Positions 1 to 13,570 of a stretch of 64,000 bases of DNA are shown here, one piece after another. The position numbers were made by a program, and so were the translations under genes. How positions within the stretch are numbered: position 1 is the first letter of the stretch; the number at the start of each line of letters is the position of its first letter. The notes under the pieces were generated by a model. It did not search any database. It was not told the origin of the DNA and saw only the letters and a program-made list of their open reading frames with translations. This stretch comes from Macrostomum lignano (lineage: Eukaryota), in contig NIVC01000976.1 of NCBI GenBank assembly GCA_002269645.1, positions 124,001 to 188,000 on the forward strand, in the 5' to 3' direction.

Positions 1-1539
1 ATAACTTTAAATAAATGAGATTTAATTGCTTTGGTAGCATAACATGTATAGACAAAATTGCCACAGGTGTACATGTATATAGCATTCAGATAGGCAGGCT
101 TAGACCTAGATTTTGAAGTACACTATATTGTCATTAGTGGTTGTATTCCACAACTTCTATGTAGTTTATAGTAGTCCTGTAGTCTACATAGTCTCTGCTG
201 TATCCCGGGGTCTCGGCCCTCGACCTATTCAAAGTCTTAAGGGCCTAGCATTGCATTGTTACGAGTAATTACATGCTGTTTTCAACGTAAAGTCGTTAAT
301 CAAATTATTTCAAAGAAAGATGGTTAGAGCTAATGATCTTACTAAAACATACTAGCTCGATTCGGATTATGACCATATCCTACTGGTACAGTAGCAATCT
401 TAAAATACATGTAGTTGGGATGACCGTGATAGTTCACATCACATTATGCTCACACTTAATTACATGCTTGATTAGAAGTTTCTTTTAAAAAACCACTAAG
501 TTCAAGGCCGACGTGTTTTGTTTGGCTAAAACGCTCTCGCTTGCACGGCATCAAACTTTACCATTGGTGTACAAACTTTAATTTTACGTGTACAGCGTCG
601 GGAACGTTGGAAAGTGTTGGGGGGGGGGGGCGGTAGGCTTTGCAAAATGAGTCAATAAGACATACACGTACATCAGTACATAGAAGTTTCCGGTATGCAT
701 TATGTAAATAGATATGCTTGATTTTCTTATCAAGGGATGGCACATGGCCCCCCTCGCGTTAAACTTCGAGGGCTTAATAGCCTCACTGCAAGCCTCGAAT
801 TCGGAGGCTCTGCTGTATCCAGCAGATACTTAAGACACTAAGACACCACGCCTATAGCTATCTGTAAACCGAGGCGACTTTGATATATCAGATTGCTACT
901 CCGAATCAGAAATATGAATCTAAAGCCGATTAACTGGCTATATTACGCTCGTATATGGTTGGGGCCGATTAGCACAAACACCCAGTGAGAGCTTAATATC
1001 TTGCTGTGGGCTGCGGTCATCAAGCCTGCCATAAACATGACCTTACATGACCTATACAGGGGTCCCTATATGAAGCAGATTTATACCTTGAACGCACTTA
1101 CATGCTATATAAAAATGTACTATACTATAGTATGCCATATCCGCTATTTATTAAGAGCCAATTTATCTAAACAAGTGATGATGAACACATGGCTGCTAGC
1201 CTTCTAATTAAAAATGGGTGAAAAGATAAAATTTTTATACGTTGATTTTAAATATTGGAAAGCCTTAACACATTTAGCTAGCCTTTCAAATTTATTTGTG
1301 TTGCAAACTCTAATCACAATTATACCGACCCTAGAAAACCAGATGGATATGAATTTTACATAATTAACTCTAAAGAGTATTCCATTGATTAATAATGCCA
1401 TAAAATCAGCCAGGAAGAGTAAAAAATGTGCGGCGTCTTCAAGCTACCGCATTAAGTTGCACGTCGTTCGCCGTCTGCAATGGTACAGTGGGTGCATTTC
1501 TGGGAGAATTGTCTATCGGGGTTCAACTGATTTGCCAGG

Positions 1540-1965
<426 letters not shown>

Positions 1966-1977
1966 AGCTACACTTAC

Positions 1978-2454
1978 CATTTGCCTCTTGCGCCGTCGTC
2001 GAATACAGGCAGACAGCAAAAACACCACTGCAGCTACAGCAATGGAGCTGCCAACAATGACCGGGCGGACTGCATGTAGTTTCTTTGCACGCTTTCGCAC
2101 GTTTTTGCACTTACGTTTTAGCGTCCGGTTAATGGTAATATCGCAGAAAAACGAATCACTTTCCAGGCACTTGGCGTAAGCCTCCAGGTTAAGGGAGTAC
2201 CAGCACTGACGAAAGCCATCGCTCAGTGTTAGCTTGATGACCAGACCGTCTGCACTGCAGGTCTCCACATGCTTCCAAAATTTCATATTTTTCTTAAACA
2301 GATCCGTCAGTTTAGGATTGGGCGAGCCGGTGCCCGTCAGAGCGTCACAGATCTGCTGAAGCTCCTGGCTGATCTGTTGCCTTATATCCTCGCTGGCGAC
2401 ACTTCCCGCGAATGTTAAAATGACAATGACAAGCAGAGAGACTTGATTGCGCAT
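1978..2454 (-). CDS. Exon 1 of an orphan type-I single-pass membrane protein (paralogue A)
   Basis: Hydrophobic signal peptide (MRNQVSLLVIVILTFAGSVAS), Cys-containing ectodomain, TM segment (VIVGSSIAVAAVVFLLSACI), polybasic stop-transfer RRRRKR, then QM|GTAAGT splice donor. Similar to 23417-23921. Confidence 0.7.
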
Positions 2455-2846
2455 GATGTCAAAAGTTTAAATTACTTAAATGACAATGGCAAGGTTTATG
2501 CTTAATTCTTTAATTCTGGGATTATAGCTTAACTCACTTAAATATTCCATAGGTCATGTCAAATTGGACATTTTACTGATGTCACGGATGCTATCTTAAA
2601 AAAATACAATTTTAACCAATGAAATCCAATCAAGAACAGAAAGTTTTCTGCATCACAACTTTTCAAAGACGATTTTTATTACAGGCTAATGATCCTTTCT
2701 TTGATTGCGAAGGTGGTGGGCCACCCCGCCTATCCTGCCATGTCATGTTCTGGAAACAAATTTTTCTGGGTCGGCCTGGCCCCATTCCTATATCGCTACT
2801 ATCATTGGCTGGCCCAATTGCCTGAATTCATCCTCACAAGAGATTA

Positions 2847-3511
2847 ATAATAATAATAGTTACGCCCCACGCCAGCCACGGGAGTGGCCAAGAGGGGGGA
2901 GCGTCAAATTGCGCGTCAAATCAAAGAGCTGGGTCTCTAACGTGCTTCACACCGGCCGCCTGGCTGGGTGCTCGCGCGTCTTCAAAAAGGCGGTCGACGT
3001 AGCGGGCTGATCGTCCCTGGCCACGCCTGCGCGGTCCCTGCGGGGTCCACAGCAGGACATCCTGCAGCGGCTCTGGGCAGTAGGCTTCGGCCCGGATGAC
3101 ATGTCCGGCAAGCCGCAGGCGCCGCTGGCTCAGCAGGGCAGAAGGCCGCGTCAGGCCTGTGCGCTTGTACAGGGACTCGGTTGTCTCGCTACCAGGGCCG
3201 CGGCGGGCGCCGAAAGCGGCGCGGACTAGGGCGGCATGCGCCGCGTCGAGCTGCACCTCAAGCGCCCCGGTCAGCGTCCAGGTCTCAGCATTGTACAGCA
3301 GGGCGGTCTCAACAACCGCCTGGAACAGCTGGGACCTGGCGCCGTCGGACAGGGCCTCGGAGAGCAGCACCGCCCGCACAGATCGGAAGGCAGTCCAGGC
3401 CTTGCCGCGCCGTCTCGCTAGGTTGTCGCCGACGTCAGGCACCAGCCCGCCGAGGTAGACGAACTGAAGGCACTTCGGGAGCGCCGTCCCGGGGCCATCA
3501 CCCCAGGATTA
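2847..3511 (-). mobile_element. 5'-truncated RTE-type non-LTR retrotransposon (C-terminal part of the RT ORF)
   Basis: Translation FVYLGG...RRGKAWTAF...LFQAVVETALLYNAETWTL; (TTA)n 3' tail; 12-bp TSD CACAAGAGATTA at 2835-2846 and 3512-3523. Confidence 0.85.
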
Positions 3512-3829
3512 CACAAGAGATTACACGATCACTAAAGGTCGGTATCGGGGCCGCAAAAACAGCGAATCGACTGATAAGACTGAATACTTCGAAGAAGACT
3601 ATGGGAATTATGAGAACCTGCTTAGAAGATATTTTCTGTAGACATTTCGTCATTTTTTCTTTCCTTGCTTGACCTCGACTGACTGCAGGACTGCAAGTCG
3701 ATTTTGAATGGCTGAATTTTATTTGTTTTTTTTAACAAAGCACGCCGAATCTTCTCATCTGACTGATTTGAGCTCATTGCGACCCAGTCAAGAGATCCTG
3801 CCTGGTCTTGTCGAGAGGAGGATCGTTCG

Positions 3830-4625
3830 ACTGTCAGTGACATTTGCCTGCCAGTGACATTTGACTGCCAGAGACATTTGACTGCAGCAGAGATATTTGA
3901 CTGTCAGTGCCATTTGACTGCCAGTGACATTTGACTGCCAGTGACACATGACTGCCAGTGACATTTGACTGTCAGTGACATTTGACTGCAGCAGAGATAT
4001 TTGAATGTCAGTGCCATTTGACTGCCAGTGACATTTGACTGTCAGTGACATTTGACTGTCAGTGACATTTTCCTGCCAGTGACATTTTCCTGCCAGTGAC
4101 ATTTGACTGCAGCAGAGATATTTGACTGTCAGTGCCATTTGACTGCCAGTGACATTTGTCTGTCAGTGACATTTGACTGCAGCAGAGATATTTGAATGTC
4201 AGTGACATTTGACTGCAGCAGAGATATTTGACTGTCAGTGCCATTTGACTGCCAGTGACATTTGTCTGTCAGTGACATTTGACTGCAGCAGAGATATTTG
4301 AATGTCAGTGACATTTGACTACCAGTGACATTTGACTGTCAGTGACATTTTACTGTCAGTGACATTTGACTGCCAGTGACATTTGACTGCCAGTGACATT
4401 TGACTGCCAGTGACATTCGACTGTAGCAGAGACATTTGACTGCCAGTGACATTCGACTGTAGCAGAGACATTTGACTGCCAGTGACATTCGACTGTCTGT
4501 AACATTTGACTACCAGTGACATAAGACTGTCAGTGACATTTGACTGCAGCAGTTAAATTTGACTGTTAGTGACATTTGACTGTAGCAGCGACATTTGACT
4601 GTCAGTGACATCTGACTGCTAACAA
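3830..4625. repeat. 17-18-bp minisatellite (GACATTTGACTGCCAGT)n
   Basis: Tandem array seen directly; a second array lies at ~9345-9527. Confidence 0.9.
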
Positions 4626-6074
4626 TTTGACTGCAAGAAACTTTCTGCCAACCCTTAGCCTACAGCTCGTACTTGAGAGTGAAAGAGGACGGCAGAGGCG
4701 GTTGTTTGAGGTGCCGTTCGCTTTTTCGAAAATTATATGGTCGAATTTTATCATTGCCGAAATTTCGCTTTCTCGAAATGCGCCCATCATCTCTAAATCA
4801 TTGATCATCACTAAGCCATCACAACATTCAAGCATTCTTTCCAAATCAGAGATCCAATGTTATTCCGACGATACAACAGAAACATTCAATTGGCGTTGTG
4901 AAATTGTGAGGTCGACGCTGTGAACTGAGCTTTTGCAGTGCGAGTTTAACAAGTTATATGAACTTTATACGCAACTTTTTATTCTGTAAAATTAGACATA
5001 GTAGTATGCGAATAATTTTATCTGCGTAATTTAAGGTATTGAAAACTGCAAACTGCACTGAGACGGAGACCTTGCGACTTCTGTTCCCCCCGATTATCCG
5101 AACAGTTAGTTAAAACTCACTTGTTTAGCTGTCTTATGAGGCTTAACAGGAATACTGCACAGTTTAAAAATATTAGCCAAGCTAAAGCTAAAAACCCAGC
5201 TTGCTAACAATGAAAAAAAACCCCATTAGAGAGCCTTTATGTGCAGTTTTGTTTTCTAGACGGACAGGAAAGAACGTTTATTATTAAGAGCCAGCCTTAT
5301 TCTTGTGGTCGCTTGTGTTGGAGAGGTCTGAGCTTCTCTATCTCTTATTTCATGTACAATGCTGCTCAATAGTCGGTTTTTTCTGGCTTAGATGTCTGTA
5401 GCCACTCGTGCACTCGATATAGACATCATAGGCATGGACATTATGCACTCAAAACGACTATTGATCCCGGCCCTCATCAAATTTTGAGCTTCAAGCAACC
5501 CAGCGCGGTTCAAGCTGGTACTCGTCTACCGGTATGAATGAATCCGAAAAAAATCGAGCTTCTGGCGATCCAGTTACATTATTCATCCATGGGTCTAACG
5601 CCCCACATATTACTCAGCGAGCAAATAGTTTAACGCCAGTCGGCGCTTTTAAAGGGAATGCTCCGTTTTCTTTGGCGTTTTAATGTTTTAACGTTGCAGG
5701 CATAAATTCCACATGAATGTCTCGTATCTGCGTTGAAATTCATCAAGCACTGAGAACAATGCATAATATTATTTCTTTCTATCAAAAGTATCTAAAAAGT
5801 GAATAAGGATTTATGTTCGAAATTCTAGCCGTACATGCGCAAAGGCACATGTTTAAAAATGTTTTTAAAAATATTATGATTTGTCGACATGTTCAGTGTG
5901 GCTCAAAGCTCGTTTGTTTTGCGATCAAATTATATGCCAATTGGTGTAGAAAAAAGCAACGAAAAAAATTGGTAAAAGCTGCGCAATCGGTCTGAATTTG
6001 GCTCCATTTGATGGTGTTGTAAGCGAGCCGAGATTCGCTTTGGCGAAAGCATTGAAGCGATGGTTAAGCAGTTA

Positions 6075-7350
6075 ATAAGAATGTTGAGAAAGGATCCGAT
6101 ACTATTAAAGAGATGGGTAATTAGTGATTGAAAGGAAATGTTGAGAAAGGATCCGATACTATTAAAGAGATGGGTAATTAGTGATTGAAAGGAAATGTTG
6201 AGAAAGGATCCGATACTATTAAAGAGATGGGTAATTAGTGATTGATAAGGAAATGTTGAGAAAGGATCCGATACTATTAAAGAGATTAGTAATTAGTGAT
6301 TGAAAGGAAATGTTGAGAAAGGATCCGATACTATTAAAGAGATTGGTCATTAGTGATTGAAAAGGAAATGTTGAGAAACGATCCGATACTATTAAAGAGA
6401 TTAGTAATTAGTGATTGATAAGGAAATGTTGAGAAAGGATCCGATACTATTAAAGAGATTAGTAATTAGTGATTGATAAGGAAATGTTGAGAAAGGATCC
6501 GATACTATTAAAGAGATTAGTAATTAGTGATTGATAAGGAAATGTTGAGAAAGGATCCGATACTATTAAAGAGATTAGTAATTAGTGATTGATAAGGAAA
6601 TGTTGAGAAAGGATCCGATACTATTAAAGAGATTAGTAATTAGTGATTAAAAGGAAATGTTGAGAAAGGATCCGATACTATTAAAGAGATTAGTAATTAG
6701 TGATTAAAAGGAAATGTTGAGAAAGGATCCGATACTATTAAAGAGATTAGTAATTAGTGATTAAAAGGAAATGTTGAGAAAGGATCCGATACTATTAAAG
6801 AGATTAGTAATTAGTGATTGAAAGGAAATGTTGAGAAAGGATCCGATACTATTAAAGAGATGGGTCGTTAGTGATTGATAAGGAAATGTTGAGAAAGGAT
6901 CCGATACTATCAAAGAGATGGGTAATTGATAAGGAAATGTTGAGAAAGGATCCGATACTATCAAAGAGATGGGTAATTGATAAGGAAATGTTGAGAAAGG
7001 ATCCGATACTATTAAAGAGATGGGTAATTAGTGATTGATAAGGAAATGTTGAGAAAGGATCCGATACTATCAAAGAGATGGGTAATTGATAAGGAAATGT
7101 TGAGAAAGGATCCGATACTATTAAAGAGATGGGTAATTAGTGATTGATAAGGAAATGTTGAGAAAGGATCCGATACTATTAAAGAGATGGGTAATTAGTG
7201 ATTGAAAAGGAAATGTTGAGAAAGGATCGGAGGCTATTAAAGAGATGGGTAATTAGTGATTGAAAAGGAAATGTTGAGAAAGGATCGGAGGCTATTAAAG
7301 AGATTGGTAATTACTGATTGATAAGGAAATTTTGAGAAAGGATGAAGAGG
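6075..7350. repeat. 57-58-bp satellite containing GGATCC
   Basis: Unit ATGTTGAGAAAGGATCCGATACTATTAAAGAGAT...AATTAGTGATTGA(T)AAGGAA repeated about 20 times, with some shorter variants. Confidence 0.95.
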
Positions 7351-8689
7351 TGTGTTGATTTGGCGAATAGAGAGAACTATTAACGCCACAACCGCAATAG
7401 TAATTAGTGATTACAATAGCGGTAAGTATCTGTAGTTTGAGGTGCTAAGATCATGACTTACGTATAGAATATAAATCACGTAGCTAAGGCGGCGTATAGG
7501 GACGCGTCAATGGTTGGCAGACCTTGGCACAATCAGACGAACATTGAAGCTTTCAGCATGTATTATGTAATAAATATGTTTGAAATTCATATCGCATATT
7601 ATAGTTGAGGGCTTTACCCCACTGCCTCCCCCGGTCCTATTCCTACCTGTAAACCGAGGTGACTCTGGTATCAGATCTTCCAAACACAAACACCCCACAG
7701 ACAGATTATACTCTGCTGTTGGCTTGCTGGCACGCCCTGTTATCAGCCTGCCATAAATATGGCCCTGACAAGTCCAATATTTATAATGCATCAGGTTTAT
7801 AACTGGAACCATCATGTTATATAACGGGTGTCCCAAAAAAGGTAACACTTTGTGCGCTCACTGTGAGTGAGCAGTTAGGCCTATAGCACAGTAATTTAAC
7901 AGGTCCACAGTAAACATTTGTAAGTTTTTCCCACAAACATTTGGTTGCGAAAAATTGCTCCAGAGGCGAGTTATTGAGCACAGAAGTGTACGCTAGCTTT
8001 TCTGCCAAGCTTTGCCATACACAGCTGCCATGGACAATCTTTTGCTTTAAAAAAACTTAAGGAGCATAGACTCTGAGACGGTGTGTGGTCCAATACCAGT
8101 TTATTTGAAAAATCGTTATTGAGTTTTTGAGCTTGTGTGTGTACGCTAGCTTCTCTGCTAAGCTTTGCCATAGACGGAGGCCATAGACAATTTTTTGCGT
8201 AAGAAAAATGACAGAGCATGCATAGACTCTGAGACTGATCTAACGTTAAAATTTTTAAACAGTATTAAAGTATTAAGCTGTTTAAGCTGTAAACAGTATT
8301 TTAAACAGTATTACAGAACAGCTTATAGCAAAAATGGCCTTACTTGAAACATTCCATATTTGGTAACTCTCTTTTAATTGAAATTGGATTTTACAGTGTT
8401 GTGCTAAAATTGACATATAACTTAACTGTGCAGCTTTAAAATGAGACCAAGTCCAAGCAATTTTCTGGAAACCAACTTCCATTTCTTCAACGAAATTAGT
8501 ACTGAGTCAGATCTACATGCATGTGACAGGGGACTCGTTCGTCGTTTTACGAGTAAATACGTAATGATCATGCTCATGCCCATTCTCAAAGACACCATGA
8601 TTCGTCTCTTTAAGGGAGGAATTGTTTGTAAACAGGGATTCGAAAGTAGACAAATCGTTCGTGTTGTTTCAATTCGATCGGTGATCTTG

Positions 8690-8840
8690 AGGATGATATG
8701 ATCTTGAAGATGATGATCTTGAAGATGATGATCTTGAAGATGATGATCTTGAAGATGATGATCTTGAAGATGGTGATCTTGAAGATGGTGATCTTGATGA
8801 TCTTGAAGATGATGATCATCAAGATGATCTTGATGATCTT
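8690..8840. repeat. 15-bp repeat (GAAGATGATGATCTT)n
   Basis: Tandem array seen directly. Confidence 0.9.
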
Positions 8841-8879
8841 AGAAAATGGAAAAGATTGGCAAAATCTCGGCCGGCTCTT

Positions 8880-9095
8880 TGGAAAACAGCAACTGGCCGC
8901 ATCGGCACTCTGCCTCCAGAAAGTGTCAGACGTTCGTCCCTAAGTGAAACCATAGTCAACAGCATCTGCACCTTCATCGGCAACATTCCAACAGCCACAC
9001 TAGAGCGGATGAAAGGTCACCTCAGGCAAGAATTCCCTGCTGCCCAAATTGTGAACTTCACAACCATCAGCCGAGCTCTAGATCGCAGACTCATA
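8880..9095 (+). pseudogene. Tc1/IS630-family transposase relic (HTH region)
   Basis: PTATLERMKGHLRQEFPAAQIVNFTTISRALDRRL; near-identical DNA at ~11567-11625 continues into a DDE_3-like segment. Confidence 0.6.
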
Positions 9096-9278
9096 CCAGA
9101 CTCATACCAGACTCATACCAGACTCATACCAGACTCATACCAGACTCATACCAGACTCATACCAGACTCATACCAGACTCATACCAGACTCATACCAGAC
9201 TCATACCAGACTCATACCAGACTCATACCAGACTCATACCAGACTCATACCAGACTCATACCAGACTCATACCAGACT
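9088..9278. repeat. 11-bp repeat (CCAGACTCATA)n
   Basis: Tandem array starting inside the transposase relic. Confidence 0.95.
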
Positions 9279-9344
9279 TAATACTAAACTTAATTGACCA
9301 GAATGATTGCAGGCCTCGGACTGCCAGTGAATTTGAATACCATT

Positions 9345-9527
9345 CACATTTGACTGCCAGTGACATTTGACTGTCAGTGACATTTGACTGTCAGTGACAT
9401 TTGACTGTCAGTGACATTTGACTACCAGTGACATTTGACTGTCAGTGACATTTGACTGCCAGTGACATTTGACTGTCAGTGACATTTGACTGCCAGTGAC
9501 ATTTGACTGTCAGTGACATTTGACTGC
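9345..9527. repeat. Second array of the 17-bp GACATTTGACTG minisatellite
   Basis: Same unit as 3830-4625 and followed by the same ~400-bp flank. Confidence 0.9.
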
Positions 9528-11559
9528 GTGAAACCTCCTGCCAGCCCTAAACATAAAGCTCGTACTTGAGAGTGAAAGAGAACGGCAGAGGCGGTTACGT
9601 AAGAGGCCGTTTGCACATTTTTGAAAATTTATACAGTCGAACTTTAACTTTAAATTTCGCTTTTTCGAACTGCACCCAATCATCTCCAATCATTAATCAT
9701 CACTAAGCTATCCCAACATTAAGTATTCGTTTCTAATCAGAGATCCAATGTTATTTTGACGATGCGAAAGAAACGCATTGAATTGGCGTTGTGAAATTCT
9801 GAGGTCCACGCTGTGAAACGAGTTTTAAAGTGCGAGTTGAAAAAACGATATGAATTTTATACGCAGATTTATCCAGTAAAATTTACATAGTAGTATGCGA
9901 AGAATTTTATCTACGGAATTTAGTAGGTATTAACTCCCGTGTTTTACTGTGTATCAGGTTTAACAGTGTTACCGCACAATTAACTAATTATTTATTTTTC
10001 TGTTACTCTAAGACTGTTGAAGCATTGAAATAAATAATAATAATTACAGGATGATGCAATCAGTGCAAAGTCAATTCTGCCGATTCCGCTGACTTCCGAG
10101 CACATACAAACACCCGGGGTGTACAGCGGCCCTGATTTTCTACTGGTCAGACATTTGCACTCCCTGTGCCTTGGGGCTTGGTGTCAGTGAGTCTAAGAAT
10201 TGCTGTGCCATGATGCACCTCGTACACCGCATTAGGAAGTCTACCGGTAGGCTGAGTGAGACGACAGTCAACTCATTCAACGAAGGGGCATTACTGAAAG
10301 CCCCTTGAGGGTCCGCGGGTGCACTTCCAGTTCAAAGCTGAGTGTGCAAGAAGAAAGGGTGCGCTTATTACGAGCGTATACTATAGTTCAGTCTTTGTCA
10401 AAGCCCAGCTTGCTAACAATGAACAAAAACCCAGTAGAGAGCTTTTATGCGAACTTTTGTAGACAGAAATGAAAGCGCATATGTTTGTTATTAAGAGCCA
10501 CAGATTTATTCTTGCTCTCGCTTGTGTTTGAGGGGTTTGGAGCTTCTATCTCTTAGTCTCTGTGGCTCCAGCCTCACTCAGCTCCGTAGCAACCATGCAA
10601 ACGGGCCAGACTAAATAGTAAGCGCTATTTAGCGACTCCATTGTGTCTGCGAGCGCTCTTTCTTGGAATGAGCCAACTGCATAGCGAGGTATCTATGAGT
10701 ATTATGCAGATGTAAACAAAAAAAATTATATGGTGAATAAACGCATAGCGTGAAATGAATACGTGCTCCGTTTTGGTTGCTTTTCTACTGCAGCCGGTAC
10801 ACATACACTTTACACTCGATAAACAAGCAGTTTGTGGAGTTTCTTTTTCTCGAATTATGTCAAAGTGTGTGCCATCTTCTGGACTCCAGAATAACAAACG
10901 AAACAACCCTAGAAGACATTGACTTGTTGATTCCTAACAGATCTTGTCTATCTTCTTGGGTTGCTGCGCAAGTACTTGCAGGAACGTGCAAAATCTTCGC
11001 TATGATAATACTTAGGTAAACTTACCAGATCTGGGCGACTTTCTAAATCGTACAAGATCTTAGCTTTTATATCTTTTTATAGCTTCGAATCGCATATTTT
11101 CTTAAATTTATTGTCCTATTTTGTCGTAAAATAAAATATAGTTCAGCTAGAACACTTTAGCCAAATGAATAACAAAACAAATTTACCTCCCATCTTAGAA
11201 GATCCTGCAAGAACCGAGCAGATTGAGAAGATCTGCTAATAGTGGCACAGAGACAAGATCTGCTAAGTTTGAGAAACAGAATGTCCTCTAGGGAAAGGAA
11301 GTATACTTTGTGGTGCCAGCAGGTCTCAGCCACAATTTTAGAACTATTACGAATAAACGAACTACACTAAGATTAGTTTTTTTATAGCGGCGAAAGGGGT
11401 TCACCAGAGACGGATTGGTAGACAAATTTGTTTAGACGAAATTACATCAAAGAGACGGGACACAGCTGGAATTCGGTAACAGTTCATGAGAAAATAGATT
11501 TAGTAAACTTTGCTCAACCTCTGGCCAGCTAATTAAACCTTTTTGCAGTCTAGGTTGGT

Positions 11560-11940
11560 AAGAATTCCCTGCTGCCAAAAATGTGAACTTCACAACCATC
11601 AGACGAGCTCTAGATCGCAGACTCATCACAATCAAACTGCTCAGAGAGGCGCCACAGAACTGGAACGACGACATTACGAAGGAGGCAAGGAGAAGGCGTG
11701 TAAACTGGCTGCTTGGTGAGCCCTCTGCTGTACATGGATGAATATGGCATCAATCTTTGGACAGCAAGAACATTTGGGCGAGGCCCACGCGATGAACACG
11801 CGGTCAAGATTGTCAACGGCCAATGGGGACAAAATCTCAGCATCAGCCTAGCGATTTCCCAGGAACTGAGTCTCGTTTTACTTCAACCTGGTGGAGAGTG
11901 GAGTTCGCAAGGAGAACTTCTGGGTGTTCCTCTCTGAATC
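11560..11940 (+). pseudogene. Tc1/IS630-family transposase relic (HTH plus first catalytic Asp region), frameshifted
   Basis: EFPAAKNVNFTTIRRALDRRLITIK...; after a frameshift, LLYMDEYGINLWTARTFGRGPRDEHAVKIVNGQWGQNLSISLAIS resembles the DDE_3 start motif. Confidence 0.65.
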
Positions 11941-12033
11941 TGATCAAATTGGTCGAAGGCAATTTCGTCCTGCTCTTTGACGTAGCTCGCGCACTCAACA
12001 GCATCACGACAGTATCTGATGGTCATGAGCATC

Positions 12034-12671
12034 ACTACTATGGACCCATTTATCCGTCGATTTTGCGAAGGTCCGTCGGGCTGATGTCGGCCTCTAGCAC
12101 CGCGGCAAGGTGCTCCCTCGGGGTGCACCACCTCCCCCGGGGTGTACCTCCAGCGGGGTGGGCGTCCAGCAGGTGTACCTCCAGCGGGGTGGGCCTCCAG
12201 CAGGTGTACATCCAGCAGGGCGGGCGTCCAGCGAGTGTACCTCCAGCAAGGTGGGCCTCCAGCGAGTGTACATCCAGCGGGGTGGGCGTCCAGCAGGTGT
12301 ACCTCCAGCAAGGTGGGCCTCCAGCGAGTGTACATCCGGCGGGGGATTCCCGCCCCTCCCACCAATGTCGTGTGCACGCGGTTAGTGTTGGGGGAACCCA
12401 GATGCTGACGCAGCCCTGTACAGTGAGCATGCAGGCCTCGGTGTAGCAAGAGGCAGGGGTACACTGAGTGCCGCCATCCCCCTGTAGCTGGGGGGCAGAT
12501 AACAGGCGGCCCCCCTGTAGCAGTATGAGGTGGGGGAGGAGGCACGGAACAGAGAGAGACACGGAGTGCTGGGACAGAGAGTGCGTGGAGGCAGTAAGGG
12601 ATAGCTGCCCTGCATGTTGCGGCGTGGACAGAGAGGCAGTGAATCACACACCCCACGGAGGGACAGAGAGC
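12034..12671 (+). repeat. Left terminal inverted repeat (638 bp)
   Basis: Reverse complement of 21964-22601 (coordinate pairs sum to 34635); one mismatch noticed (GACACGGAG vs GACACGGGG); terminus 5'-ACTACTATGG. Confidence 0.95.
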
Positions 12672-12763
12672 TCCCCCAGGGCTGGAGAGGGACAGAGCAA
12701 CCACGTGCAGTGTCATTTCAAACCATTAAATAGAAGCAGTGTACAAAACCCTCTATAGAGACC

Positions 12764-13535
12764 ATGAAGGAGGATATAACTGATAGGCCCTATTTCAGCA
12801 ACGAGAGTGTGCGCGACAGAATACCCCTCATTGAAAGATTGTAATCAAACACTAGGAAAAGAATCGAGGGATTGACCGCGAAGGAGCGCTTAGAATTCCC
12901 ACATCTAGCCCGGCTGGCATTCGTAACTGAAGTAAACATTGAGGAGAGAGAGGTGGCGTTGACTTGGGAGGAAGCAGAAGAAGCGATAAAAACCGGGTCC
13001 TGTATGGTCACAGCTAATTTATGGAGTGCGGCAAAACACCTCAATGACACGAGGGGGGTTAATTGACACAGAGTTTGTTAGACAAGTTCACACAAGCGTG
13101 TGCAGAGGACTGCTCCCAAATGCGGGATCGTATAGAATTAAACACGCCAAGCCAGCAGGTGCGAGTATGTATTACAGCGCCCCTGAAAATATCGAACGGC
13201 AGCTGGTAAAATTTACCAGAGACATAAAAGAGCCACAAATCTTGCGTGATGCAGTAGTGACAGGAGCATATTTCCTAGAAAAGTTTCTCACCACCCACCC
13301 CTTTAGCGACGGCAATGGTAGAACTGCTAGGCTGTTATTATCACAGTTTCTCAAGCAGATTCTGCCAGAACCAGCATCATTTGCGTATGCTAATAGAGAC
13401 ACATATCTCAACTGTCTTTACGAAGCGCGCAGCGGCAACCGGGGGCTCCTAGCGGCGTATTTACTTTTATCGATTGAGAGAACCGTTCTACAGTGGAGGG
13501 AATGGTTGGAAATCTGTTCAGACGGCAGCCTATAA
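12764..13535 (+). pseudogene. Fic-domain (AMPylase-type) protein, interrupted
   Basis: Canonical HPFSDGNGRTAR motif in ORF 13026-13535. A Fic-like N-terminus (EVNIEE...ANLWSAAKHL) lies in the frame starting at ATG 12764, with an in-frame TAA at 12842-12844 and a +1 shift at the G6 run 13053-13058. Confidence 0.85.
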
Positions 13536-13570
13536 ATAAATAAAATTTGGTATTTCTCAACAATATCGAA

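Noticed and set aside
558-743. Possible downstream cytoplasmic exon of paralogue A (and ~22860-22975 for paralogue B)
   Set aside because: Acceptor sites are ambiguous and the two candidates show no similarity to each other.
12141-12345. CRISPR-like appearance of the 31-bp repeats and other regular arrays in the window
   Set aside because: Units abut without unique spacers, there are no cas genes, and the context is eukaryotic.
11823-12758. Many overlapping ORFs in the left TIR (up to 277 aa) and their mirror images at 21862-22731
   Set aside because: They arise from GC-rich 31-bp repeats, occur in most frames, and run across the element boundary into flanking DNA.
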